Virus record (IMG/VR): IMGVR_UViG_3300045988_109785
Direction: 5' to 3' (one strand)
Origin: a virus
Length of the DNA stretch: 50,159 bases
The stretch's first letter is position 1; each line of letters starts with the position of its first letter. Of the stretch, positions 42,210-50,159 are shown piece by piece. The notes under the pieces were generated by a model. That model did not search any database. It worked only from the letters and a program-made list of their open reading frames with translations, and had not been told where the DNA came from. The position numbers and the translations under genes are program-made.

Positions 42210-42782
42210 ATGGCGAAGAACAAGAAGCCCAAGTTCCTGGAGAAGGAGACCCCCGACCTGCTGGCTCTGCTGAAGGAGACCCTGGCTGAGGAGGAGGCCG
42301 ACACCAGGAAGGCCCTGAAGATTACGGAGGAGCTCATCTCCCGCCTGCCTCAGGACGAGGGCCCGATGTCTGTGGATGAGGCTCTGAAGGCTGCCGCTGA
42401 CCAGATGACCGCTGCTCTGAACAACATCAAGGGCGCCTACGACAACGAGGTCTCCATGATGGAGGACTCCCAGGAGGAGCCTGAGGAAGAGGCTGAGGAG
42501 GAGGAAGAGACCCCCAAGGCCAAGAAGGGCAAGAAGGACAAGAAGTCCAAGAAGGCCAAGAAGGAAGAGCCCGAGGAGGATGAGGACGACTCCGATGAGG
42601 AGGAGGACTCCGAGGACGATGAGGACTCCGAGGACGATGAGGACGAGGACGACGGTGAGGACTACACTGACTGGTCCACCAAGGACCTGAAGAAGGAGTG
42701 CCGGACCCGTGGCATCAAGGTCACCAAGGGCATGGGCAAGGCTGAGATGGTCAAGGCTCTGGAAGCCGATGACAAGGAGTAA
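42210..42782 (+). CDS. polyacidic protein with a C-terminal HeH/SAP-like motif
   Basis: 190 aa; a D/E tract of about 60 aa; WSTKDLKKECRTRGIKVTKGMGKAEMVKALE. Confidence 0.6.
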   Translation: MAKNKKPKFLEKETPDLLALLKETLAEEEADTRKALKITEELISRLPQDEGPMSVDEALKAAADQMTAALNNIKGAYDNEVSMMEDSQEEPEEEAEEEEETPKAKKGKKDKKSKKAKKEEPEEDEDDSDEEEDSEDDEDSEDDEDEDDGEDYTDWSTKDLKKECRTRGIKVTKGMGKAEMVKALEADDKE

Positions 42783-42817
42783 GACCCACTCCTTCACAGC
42801 CGCATAGACCAAGAGGA

Positions 42818-42851
42818 GGGGGTGGACACAAAGTCCACCCCCTTTCTTTTT
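42818..42851 (+). terminator. Rho-independent terminator
   Basis: GGGGGTGGAC-acaaa-GTCCACCCCC followed by TTTCTTTTT. Confidence 0.8.
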
Positions 42852-42870
42852 CATCAAGGAGAAGTAACTT

Positions 42871-44835
42871 ATGAAAGAGACTATCAAGTTTCTGGTGCAA
42901 ATCTTCTCCCAACAGTGCGAACGTGGTGACTATGTTATCTTGGCAGCTAAGGACGGGAAGTTCTGGAAGGATGTCCCCATCAAGTATGGAAAGAACCTCA
43001 GTGAAAAGCTCAAGGAATTCTTCCAAGCATACCCACCTGAGAAATATGACCTGTACTGGTCTCCCATGCCCTACACTCAGCCCAAGAGACAAAACCGGTT
43101 CTCGGTAGATACCAAGTTCATGGCTCAGGACATAGATGAGTGTGAGGACCCCTCCTCCATCAGTCCCAAGCCAAGCTACATCTGGGAGAGCTCACCGAAC
43201 AAATACCAGGGCCTATGGGAGTTGGACCGGTACATCAACGAGCAGGAATACACTCCCCTCAACAAAGCCCTGGCTGCACACATAGGCTGCGATGACTGCT
43301 TCGACTTCGCCCATGTCTACCGTATCCCTGGCACCATCAACCACAAGTACAAGAACCTCCCCCCTGTGGGGCGGGTGAAGCCCACAAAGGCCCTTTATAA
43401 GCCGCGTGACATCCGGAAGGCTGTGGGGGGTGTAACTACTACCCCTAAGAAGGAAAAAGCCCCCAGCGCCTCTCCAGAGGCCTCTGAGCAGGATATGCTG
43501 GCTGAGCGGAGAATATACGCTAAGTACTCCATCCCCAAAAAGGTACGAGACACCCTGGCCCTCCAGTCCCTGAATGGGGTAGACCGGTCAAGTACTATCT
43601 GGTACGTAGAGAAGTCCCTGCATGAGCTGGGCATGACCCCACAGGAAATCATCCTGCTCATCAAGAACAGTGTCTTCAACAAGTACAGGGGGAGAGCTGA
43701 TGAGGACGCCCGACTCCACAGGGAGCTGGAGAAAATCATCGGAGACTCTATCCCTGACCCTGAGGACTCGGCAGCAGGAGCCCTGACTACCTCCACCTAT
43801 GGAGAGGTCATGGGTAACTGCAACACCTTCGAAGGATGGCTGGTACGTGGCTTCTGGGGCCGGAGGTCTCATGGAATTGTGGCCGGCATGCCTAAGTGCT
43901 TCAAGTCCACTCTGGTCCATGACCTCATCATCTCTGTAGCCAGTGGCACCAAGTTCCTTGGTCGCTTCCCTGTGGAAGAGCCCGGTCCTGTTCTGGTCAT
44001 TCAGAACGAGAACGCTGACTATATCATGAAGGACCGTACGGAGAAGATTATCCTCGACCGTGGACTGGTAGGAGAGGCTCACAGAATAAACCGGAGACAT
44101 GTTCAAGTGGAGTTCCCCCCGGACCTGCCCATCACCTTCATCAATCAGCAGGGCTTCACCCTCAGCAATGAGGACCACAGAAGACAGATTGAACTCCTTG
44201 TTCAGGAACTCAAACCCGTGCTTGTGGTATTCGACCCCCTGTACCTTATGTTCGAGGGAGACCTCAATTCATCCAAAGACTTGAACCCCGTGTTGAACTG
44301 GTTGCTCAGTCTCAAGACCGACTACCATACCAGTGTCTTGGTTGTCCATCACTACAACAAGGGAAGTCAGCAGGGGCAGCTTAAGGGCGGTGCCCGAATG
44401 GCTGGCTCGGTCATGTTATATGGTTGGGTTGAGTCTGCCTGGTACATCACCAAAGTGGAGGAGGAAGAGGAGCCCATTCCTAACCAGGCCGTAGACTATG
44501 CCGAAGCCTCAGGAAGTGCCACTGTGACACTCTCCAGGGAGTTTCGTATGGCCGGTCATTTCTCTGACTTGGATGTCCACTTCGACATGGGAGAGATTGG
44601 CAATCCACAGTACAACGTGACCCTGGGAGGCCCAGGCTCTGGACATGTAACCATCAAGACTCTTGAGGGAGAGATACTCAACTTCCTGGCCAACTCCACA
44701 GTACCCCTCTCCAAGGGAACGATACAGGATAACCTGGGCGTTGAAAGCAAGGTCCTCAGTAAGGCCTTGAATGAACTGGTCAAATCCAAGAAAGTTGTTA
44801 CAATAAACGGTGGGTACACCATTTCCAAACGCTAA
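42871..44835 (+). CDS. primase-helicase fusion (RepB'-type primase N-terminus, RepA/AAA_25 RecA-fold helicase, C-terminal wHTH)
   Basis: N-terminus: MAQDIDE, PSYIWESSPNKYQGLWEL, VYRIPGTINHKY. Centre: Walker A GMPKCFKST, Walker B VLVVFDPL, VVHHYNKG. Confidence 0.7.
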   Translation: MKETIKFLVQIFSQQCERGDYVILAAKDGKFWKDVPIKYGKNLSEKLKEFFQAYPPEKYDLYWSPMPYTQPKRQNRFSVDTKFMAQDIDECEDPSSISPKPSYIWESSPNKYQGLWELDRYINEQEYTPLNKALAAHIGCDDCFDFAHVYRIPGTINHKYKNLPPVGRVKPTKALYKPRDIRKAVGGVTTTPKKEKAPSASPEASEQDMLAERRIYAKYSIPKKVRDTLALQSLNGVDRSSTIWYVEKSLHELGMTPQEIILLIKNSVFNKYRGRADEDARLHRELEKIIGDSIPDPEDSAAGALTTSTYGEVMGNCNTFEGWLVRGFWGRRSHGIVAGMPKCFKSTLVHDLIISVASGTKFLGRFPVEEPGPVLVIQNENADYIMKDRTEKIILDRGLVGEAHRINRRHVQVEFPPDLPITFINQQGFTLSNEDHRRQIELLVQELKPVLVVFDPLYLMFEGDLNSSKDLNPVLNWLLSLKTDYHTSVLVVHHYNKGSQQGQLKGGARMAGSVMLYGWVESAWYITKVEEEEEPIPNQAVDYAEASGSATVTLSREFRMAGHFSDLDVHFDMGEIGNPQYNVTLGGPGSGHVTIKTLEGEILNFLANSTVPLSKGTIQDNLGVESKVLSKALNELVKSKKVVTINGGYTISKR

Positions 44836-44850
44836 AAGTTGTGATATAAT
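44822..44850 (+). promoter_or_regulatory. possible promoter TTTCCA-N17-TATAAT (extended -10 TGTGATATAAT)
   Basis: Overlaps the 3' end of the primase-helicase gene. Confidence 0.4.
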
Positions 44851-44883
44851 GTACCTATCCAAACAAAAGGAGGTAACCTCAAA

Positions 44884-45504
44884 ATGATGATTTTTACTGG
44901 CATGGACAACTCGGGCAAGACCACGATAGTCCAGAAGACTGCTAAGAAGCTTGGCCTTCCTGTGGTCAAGTCCCTGGGTCCGGCCCACCCTGTGGACGAG
45001 AAGCACATCTGGCTGCTTGACCAGATGACCCGGGAGAAGGCTTTCCCTGGCTCTGTTATCTTCGACCGCTTCCTCCCCTTTGAGGAGATGGTCTATGGCA
45101 AGGTCCTGCGGGGAGACCCCATCTATTCCCTGGATGACCCCTACATGAAGTCCCTCAAGGACTTGAACCCCACCATCGTCTACACCCGTCCTCACTCCTC
45201 TACCATCTTCAACTGGGATGGCCGGGAGCAGATGGACGGAGTGATTGAGCAGAAGGAGAAGCTCCTGGCTGCCTGGGATGACCTGATGTGGGGCCTGATG
45301 GCCAGAGGCTGGGACGTCCAGGTCTATGACTACGAGGCTGAGAATGAGGGCGAACAGGTCTCCGGCCTGGAAGAGTTCGCCAAGTTTCTGAACGACCTGG
45401 TCAAGACCACCTATCCCCCCCATCCGAAGGATGGTCAGCCCCTGCAGTGGAAGAAGCATAAGCCCCTGGAGAACATCGACGAAGATGAGGAGGACGAAGA
45501 CTAA
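44884..45504 (+). CDS. P-loop (deoxy)nucleotide kinase, thymidylate-kinase-like
   Basis: GMDNSGKTT P-loop and a DRFLPFEEMVYG (DRY-like) motif; acidic C-terminus. Confidence 0.6.
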   Translation: MMIFTGMDNSGKTTIVQKTAKKLGLPVVKSLGPAHPVDEKHIWLLDQMTREKAFPGSVIFDRFLPFEEMVYGKVLRGDPIYSLDDPYMKSLKDLNPTIVYTRPHSSTIFNWDGREQMDGVIEQKEKLLAAWDDLMWGLMARGWDVQVYDYEAENEGEQVSGLEEFAKFLNDLVKTTYPPHPKDGQPLQWKKHKPLENIDEDEEDED

Positions 45505-46175
45505 TGAACATCAATCATGCAACTGTGGAAGAGGTCACTGGCGACAAGCTTCAGGCCATCTTCACCCGCCAGAAGTCCCTGATGGACAAATACCACGACA
45601 TCGAGCTTCGGTCTGGGCTGCTTCAGACTGAGGACTGCCCGGTCAACCTGGATGACAAGAGAGGCCAGGCCCGTATCAAGGACTTCTCCTGGAGAGTCAC
45701 CGAGGAACTGGGAGAGGCCCTGGACGCCCGGTCCAATAAGGACCACTACCAGGAGGAGCTCATCGATGGACTTCACTTCCTGACCGAGCTCACCATCCTG
45801 GCTGGAAAGGACTATGACTCCATCCTCCCCCAGGGGACTCCGCTCTATGACAGTGACCATCTGGAGGACCTGGTGGAGAATGCCAAAGAGGTAATCTCCC
45901 GAAGAGCTTCCCAGGGCGAGAATGGGTATAGCCTGGAGTACTGGGTCTCCAAGTTCATCGAGAATCTGGGCATGATGTGCAACTGCCTGAAGAACAAGCC
46001 CTGGAAGCAGTCCATGATGAAGACCGACCATGAGGCCTTCTACAGCCGACTGTCTGAGGTCTGGGTCATCTATATCACTATCCTGGTGGTCTCCGGAATG
46101 AATGCCCAGGACATCGCCAACATCTACCTGAAGAAGTCTCAGGTAAACCAGTTCCGGCAGAGAAGCAACTACTAA
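45504..46175 (+). CDS. all-alpha NTP pyrophosphohydrolase (dimeric dUTPase / MazG-like)
   Basis: WRVTEELGEALDA...EELIDGLHFLTEL...KNKPWKQ pattern. Confidence 0.55.
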   Translation: MNINHATVEEVTGDKLQAIFTRQKSLMDKYHDIELRSGLLQTEDCPVNLDDKRGQARIKDFSWRVTEELGEALDARSNKDHYQEELIDGLHFLTELTILAGKDYDSILPQGTPLYDSDHLEDLVENAKEVISRRASQGENGYSLEYWVSKFIENLGMMCNCLKNKPWKQSMMKTDHEAFYSRLSEVWVIYITILVVSGMNAQDIANIYLKKSQVNQFRQRSNY

Positions 46176-46187
46176 GGAGAAGGCCCC

Positions 46188-46931
46188 ATGCTGAAGAAAC
46201 ACTACAAGGACTTCAGTGAGGCCTACTTCGGGGTCAATCGGGAAATCCTGCTGCATCCACAGCATCTGGACTACCTGGAGAACACCAGGGGAGTCGTAGA
46301 AGACCTCTTCCTCACTCTCGACAGCATTGACTGTGAGAAGGTTGACTTAGCTCCCCTGGGGTACTCCCCCCGGAAGTGGGGACACCTGGTCAAGACCTAC
46401 ATTGACCTGGATAAACTCAGGGAGTTCTTCCACCTCTGTGAAATCTCAAAGGGCATCTCCATTGGGTATGACTTCAAGAGAAAGGATACGGGCAATGGGT
46501 CCTGCATGAGGGAAGTTATCCTCACCCGCCACAGCAGGAAGAAGCCCTGGACCAAGGCCACAGTTATCTGGAGGGCCACAGAGCTACAGAAGAGATGGGC
46601 AGCTGACCTCATCCTTCTGCACCACCTGCTCTCCAAGGTCCCCAACTCCCAGTTCACCGAGATTGAGTTCTTCATCACAAGTGCTTACCAGTCAGGCATG
46701 TATGTCATTCCTTTGGTGGAGCCAGTGTTCGGAGTGAAGATGAAGGACTTGGACCCTACAGCTCATCCTTACTGGAAGATTATCCGGTACCGGAATGACA
46801 AGTACTATCAGGAGGACTCCCCCAGGCAGAAGCTCAGTCCTGCTCAAAGAATGCAGGATGTGGCCAATGCCCTCCGGGAAGGGAAAACCTTCGAACCTAT
46901 CACCTACAAAGACTTTGAATTGGAGGTATGA
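46188..46931 (+). CDS. divergent ThyA-fold protein (paralogue of the next gene)
   Basis: GSCMREV...ATVIWRATELQKRWAADLILLHHLL aligns loosely with VPCSLGY...LHYVMRSCDFVTHFRNDVYLAIKFL in 46935..47666. Confidence 0.4.
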   Translation: MLKKHYKDFSEAYFGVNREILLHPQHLDYLENTRGVVEDLFLTLDSIDCEKVDLAPLGYSPRKWGHLVKTYIDLDKLREFFHLCEISKGISIGYDFKRKDTGNGSCMREVILTRHSRKKPWTKATVIWRATELQKRWAADLILLHHLLSKVPNSQFTEIEFFITSAYQSGMYVIPLVEPVFGVKMKDLDPTAHPYWKIIRYRNDKYYQEDSPRQKLSPAQRMQDVANALREGKTFEPITYKDFELEV

Positions 46932-46934
46932 CAA

Positions 46935-47666
46935 ATGAGAATCTACACCAACGCCCAGGAGATGGTCGAGGAGGTCAAGAGGGACCTGGCCGAGATGGGA
47001 ATTGTGGTACGGCCTGCGACCATGCAGGACAAGTATGTCAAGGGCAATCCTGACTACGAGACCAAGGAGCTGCAGAACTACAGCTACTGCCTGCTTAATG
47101 CCCGGAGCCAGGACATCCCGGGAGTCATTCAGCCCTGGGCTGATGCTGAGTTCAAGGAGCGGGTCACTGACCCCTGGGAAAGGGACTGGGAAGGGAAGAG
47201 AACCCTGTTCCAAGTTCCTGAGTTCATCAACCCCGGTGAGGCCTGGAAGCTCCGGGAGGAGGTATGGTCTGAGTATATGCACGACGGGAAGCTGGCCTAC
47301 ACCTACAACGAGCTCCTGTGGAACAATGACCAGCTGACCAAAATCATGAACCGCCTGAAGGAGGACCCGGACTCCCGGCAGCTGTGGATTAGCCTTTGGA
47401 ACCCGGACAAGGACCCCGACTTCCTGGGGGGTGTCTCCCGAGTTCCCTGCTCCCTGGGCTATGGTCTCCAGGTTCGGGATGGCAAGCTCAACCTGCACTA
47501 CGTGATGAGGTCCTGTGACTTCGTGACCCATTTCCGGAACGATGTCTATCTGGCCATCAAGTTCCTGGAGTGGGTAGCTGAGAAGACTGGCTATCCTGTG
47601 GGAGACTTTACCCACACCATGTTCTCCTGCCACGTATACAACAAAGACATCCAGGGGGTATTCTGA
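46935..47666 (+). CDS. ThyA-family pyrimidine-5 methylase/hydroxymethylase (thymidylate-synthase fold)
   Basis: Aligns by eye to E. coli ThyA: LKEDPDSRQLWISLWNP / LKNDPDSRRIIVSAWN; VPC (catalytic Cys); DGKLNLHYVMRSCD / DGKLSCQLYQRSCD; GDFTHTMFSCHVY / GDFVWTGGDTHLY. Confidence 0.75.
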   Translation: MRIYTNAQEMVEEVKRDLAEMGIVVRPATMQDKYVKGNPDYETKELQNYSYCLLNARSQDIPGVIQPWADAEFKERVTDPWERDWEGKRTLFQVPEFINPGEAWKLREEVWSEYMHDGKLAYTYNELLWNNDQLTKIMNRLKEDPDSRQLWISLWNPDKDPDFLGGVSRVPCSLGYGLQVRDGKLNLHYVMRSCDFVTHFRNDVYLAIKFLEWVAEKTGYPVGDFTHTMFSCHVYNKDIQGVF

Positions 47667-50107
47667 TGGCCTGTCATGACTGCAACCTTTGTGCCTTCTC
47701 CAGTCCTACGTGTATCTGGGGAGCCGGCCCCCCCAAGGCCAAGGTCATGGTAGTCAACAGCTATGCCACAGAACAAGATGAACAGGAGGGGGCGGCAGTC
47801 ATGCCGTCCTCCCTTGTTGAAAGACTGAGGGCCATAGGACTTGACCCTGAGAAGGTCTACTATACCAACGCCATTAAGTGTGCCTGCCCAAGAGGAACCA
47901 AGTACAAAGTGGGGGACATCAAGAAGTGCAAGCAGCACCTGGACAAGGAGATTGCTGCAGTCCAACCTACCTACGTTCTGGTCCTGGGTGCTCAGGCTCT
48001 GAAGGCCACAGTAGATGGCTCCATCACTGAACTCAACGGAGTGATGGTGGAGAAGGATGGGATTAAGTACATGCCCTCCTACAGTCCTGGCATAGTTTAC
48101 CGTGACCCCGGGAAGGCCCCCTTTGTGGAGAAAGCCATGAACAACTTCAAGGCCATGATGGAAGGAAGCCTGGAGGGACTTCCAGAACTGGACATCAGGC
48201 TCATCACTAATATGAGGGAACTCAAAAGGGCCTTTCACCATCTGAAGGACAACAACTATCTGCACCTGAGCTATGATATTGAGACCACTGGACTGGTGAG
48301 GTTTGAGGATGAAGTGAACCTGTTTGGCTTTGGCAATGACCAGGTCCAATATATCATCCCGCTGGAGGCCCGCTACAGCCCGCTGAAGGGCGCCAGGCTG
48401 GCCCAAAGGAAACTCATTAGGACATGTGTGAACTGGCTAAATAGGAACGCTAAAGCCCTCGTGGCGGGCAATGGAAAGTTCGATGACCTGTTCCTGAAGT
48501 ATCGCTTTGGGGTAAAGCCCAACATCACCTTCGACGTAGTGCTGGCCTCCCACATACTCAATGAGAATACTCCCAACGGTGTGAAGGAGAATGCAGTGCT
48601 GGAGTGCAATGCTCCGGAGTGGGATGTGGACAAGGACCTCAAGACAGGCAAGTACAAGACCCGGGAGGAGTATCAGGAATACTTGACCTACCTGGGGTAC
48701 GACATCTACTATGAGTATAAGCTCTATAGAGTGTTCCACAAGAAGCTCAAGCAGGACCGAGCCCTGATGAAGCTCTTCTACCATCTCTACATGCCCGGCA
48801 TCATTTCCTACGAGACTGTGGAAGAACACGGGGTGTTCATTTATCCACAGCAGTTCAAAAAGGTCCGAAAGCACTTGGAGTCTGAGAGAGAAGCCATTGA
48901 GAAGCAACTCCTGAAGATGGCCAAGCACGAGGTCAACTGGAACTCCCCGGCCCAGATACAGAAGCTGCTGTATGAAGAGCTCAAGCTTCCAGTGATTGAG
49001 ACCACGGAGTCTGGCTCTCCCTCCACAAGTGAGGCTACCCTGATGCAGCTGAGGGACAAACACCCCATTGTAGAACTCATCCTGAAGTACCGGGGTGTCA
49101 ACATTCAAATCTCTCACTTCATCGATGGCTGGATTAACCGAATGTGGGGGAGAAGACTGTTCCCCAACTTCAAGCTACATGGGACTGTCACGGGAAGAAC
49201 CTCCTGCACTGACCCCAACCTTCAGCAGGTACCTCGAGACCCCATCATCCGAAATCTGGTGGGAGCTCCGGAAGGCTGGTCTGTGGTGGAGATTGACTAC
49301 TCCCAGGCAGAGCTCCGCATAGCAGCCATCATGTCTGGGGATGAGACCATGAAGCGTATCTACCAGACCGGGGGAGACATCCACACTCACACGTACGAGA
49401 TGATAACCGGAGAGAAGGTCTCCGATGACAAGTACATCAAGAAGGAACAACGCAAAAAGGCGAAGGCTGTAAACTTCGGATTTGTCTACGGCATGGGCTG
49501 GAGGAAGTTCAAGATTTACGCTCGAGACAATTATGGGGTGGACCTCACAGACAAAGAGGCTGAGCAGTGGAGAGAGAGATTCTTCCAGGCCTACCACTCC
49601 CTTCCCAAGTGGCACTCCAAGCAGAGAAGAATTGTCCAGTCTATGGGCCAGGTTAGGTCTCCCATTGGAAGACTCCGGAGGCTCCCTGACATTTACTCCA
49701 CAGACAAGTCAAAGAAAGCTGAAGCTGAGAGACAGAGTATCAACTCCCCAGTGCAGGGCTTTGGCTCTGACCTGACTATCTTGGGAATGTCTGAGATTAT
49801 GGGCAATGCCCAGTACTATGACCCTGACTACGTACTGGACAAGGACAAGTTCTTTGTCATAGGTACAGTCCACGATGCTACCCTGTTCGAAGTGAGAAAC
49901 GACTACCTGATGGAGTTTTGTCCCCGGGCCAAGCATATCTTGGAACACCCAAAGGCTCTTGAGGATGTATTCCACTTTGACACTGATGTGCCGATTGTGG
50001 CTGATGTGGCAGTAGGCAAGTCTTGGGGTGCAGGCATAGAGCTCCACATGGAAGAGGGTGGAGACTGGCAAGACCAACTCAAGACTTACCTGGATGGCCT
50101 GAAATAA
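47666..50107 (+). CDS. UDG-family-4-like domain fused to a family A DNA polymerase with 3'-5' exonuclease (SPO1-type)
   Basis: N-terminus: CHDCNLC...NAIKCACP (Fe-S UDG-like). Exo motifs: YDIETTG, NGKFDD, YLGYDIYY. Pol motif A DYSQAELRIAA, motif B KAKAVNFGFVYGM, motif C TVHDATLFE. Confidence 0.85.
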   Translation: MACHDCNLCAFSSPTCIWGAGPPKAKVMVVNSYATEQDEQEGAAVMPSSLVERLRAIGLDPEKVYYTNAIKCACPRGTKYKVGDIKKCKQHLDKEIAAVQPTYVLVLGAQALKATVDGSITELNGVMVEKDGIKYMPSYSPGIVYRDPGKAPFVEKAMNNFKAMMEGSLEGLPELDIRLITNMRELKRAFHHLKDNNYLHLSYDIETTGLVRFEDEVNLFGFGNDQVQYIIPLEARYSPLKGARLAQRKLIRTCVNWLNRNAKALVAGNGKFDDLFLKYRFGVKPNITFDVVLASHILNENTPNGVKENAVLECNAPEWDVDKDLKTGKYKTREEYQEYLTYLGYDIYYEYKLYRVFHKKLKQDRALMKLFYHLYMPGIISYETVEEHGVFIYPQQFKKVRKHLESEREAIEKQLLKMAKHEVNWNSPAQIQKLLYEELKLPVIETTESGSPSTSEATLMQLRDKHPIVELILKYRGVNIQISHFIDGWINRMWGRRLFPNFKLHGTVTGRTSCTDPNLQQVPRDPIIRNLVGAPEGWSVVEIDYSQAELRIAAIMSGDETMKRIYQTGGDIHTHTYEMITGEKVSDDKYIKKEQRKKAKAVNFGFVYGMGWRKFKIYARDNYGVDLTDKEAEQWRERFFQAYHSLPKWHSKQRRIVQSMGQVRSPIGRLRRLPDIYSTDKSKKAEAERQSINSPVQGFGSDLTILGMSEIMGNAQYYDPDYVLDKDKFFVIGTVHDATLFEVRNDYLMEFCPRAKHILEHPKALEDVFHFDTDVPIVADVAVGKSWGAGIELHMEEGGDWQDQLKTYLDGLK

Positions 50108-50159
50108 TCCAAGAATGACCCCCATTCCAGGGGGTCTTCTTTTGTGGTATAATATACAC
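50105..50159. repeat. Second copy of the 55-bp terminal overlap
   Basis: Identical to 1..55. Confidence 0.9.

Noticed and set aside
1-50159. Stop-codon reassignment (considered because of the long run-on gene tails) and lysogeny functions.
   Set aside because: TAA, TGA and TAG each terminate well-formed genes at sensible positions (for example 1048, 3075 and 22820), so the standard code fits. No integrase, excisionase, CI/Cro-type repressor or partition gene was recognisable. Temperate or plasmid lifestyles cannot be claimed, and absence by eye is not proof.

Overview
The window is a complete or near-complete ~50.1-kb genome of a tailed dsDNA phage. Bases 1..55 are identical to 50105..50159, so the unique length is 50,104 bp and the contig closes on itself.

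Layout: the genome has two arms that diverge from an AT-rich repeat region at 33.47-34.15 kb and converge at 6.73-7.04 kb.
- Rightward arm (34.1 kb -> 50.1 kb -> wraps -> 6.7 kb): early, replication, recombination and nucleotide-metabolism genes. These include a DUF932 protein, an ADP-ribosylglycohydrolase, a SpoIIID-like regulator, an HD hydrolase, ThyX, a primase-helicase, a dNMP kinase, a dUTPase-like NTP-PPase, two ThyA-fold proteins, a UDG-like::family-A DNA polymerase fusion, a Cas4-like nuclease, a Sak4-like ATPase, a DUF669 protein, VRR-NUC and an SNF2 helicase.
- Leftward arm (33.5 -> 7.0 kb): about 4 kb of small early genes (dCMP deaminase, an RHH protein, several Cys-rich proteins), then a siphovirus-type late operon. 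Its order is TerS, TerL, portal, a gp7/MuF::ADP-ribosyltransferase fusion, scaffold, decoration protein, lambda-E-type capsid, connectors, major tail protein, G/GT chaperones, tape measure, Dit, Tal, fibre and a lysis cassette.

No integrase, CI-type repressor, tRNA or CRISPR array was seen.

Coding sequence is strongly G/C3-biased while intergenic regions are AT-rich. About 16 copies of one sigma-A-type promoter (TTTACA-N17-TATAAT) and many hairpin terminators can be read directly.

Most interesting observations:
- A pyrimidine-metabolism gene set that looks like a DNA base-modification pathway.
- An ADP-ribosylation writer/eraser pair.
- A promoter, ~140-nt RNA and terminator unit immediately upstream of the late operon. 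This RNA is complementary to a conserved early-mRNA leader motif.
- A DnaA-box triplet.
- An iteron-rich divergent control region that may be an origin.
- Two +1-frame recoding candidates, one in the scaffold gene and one in the tail chaperone.

All functional calls come from motif recognition by eye. No database searches were run.
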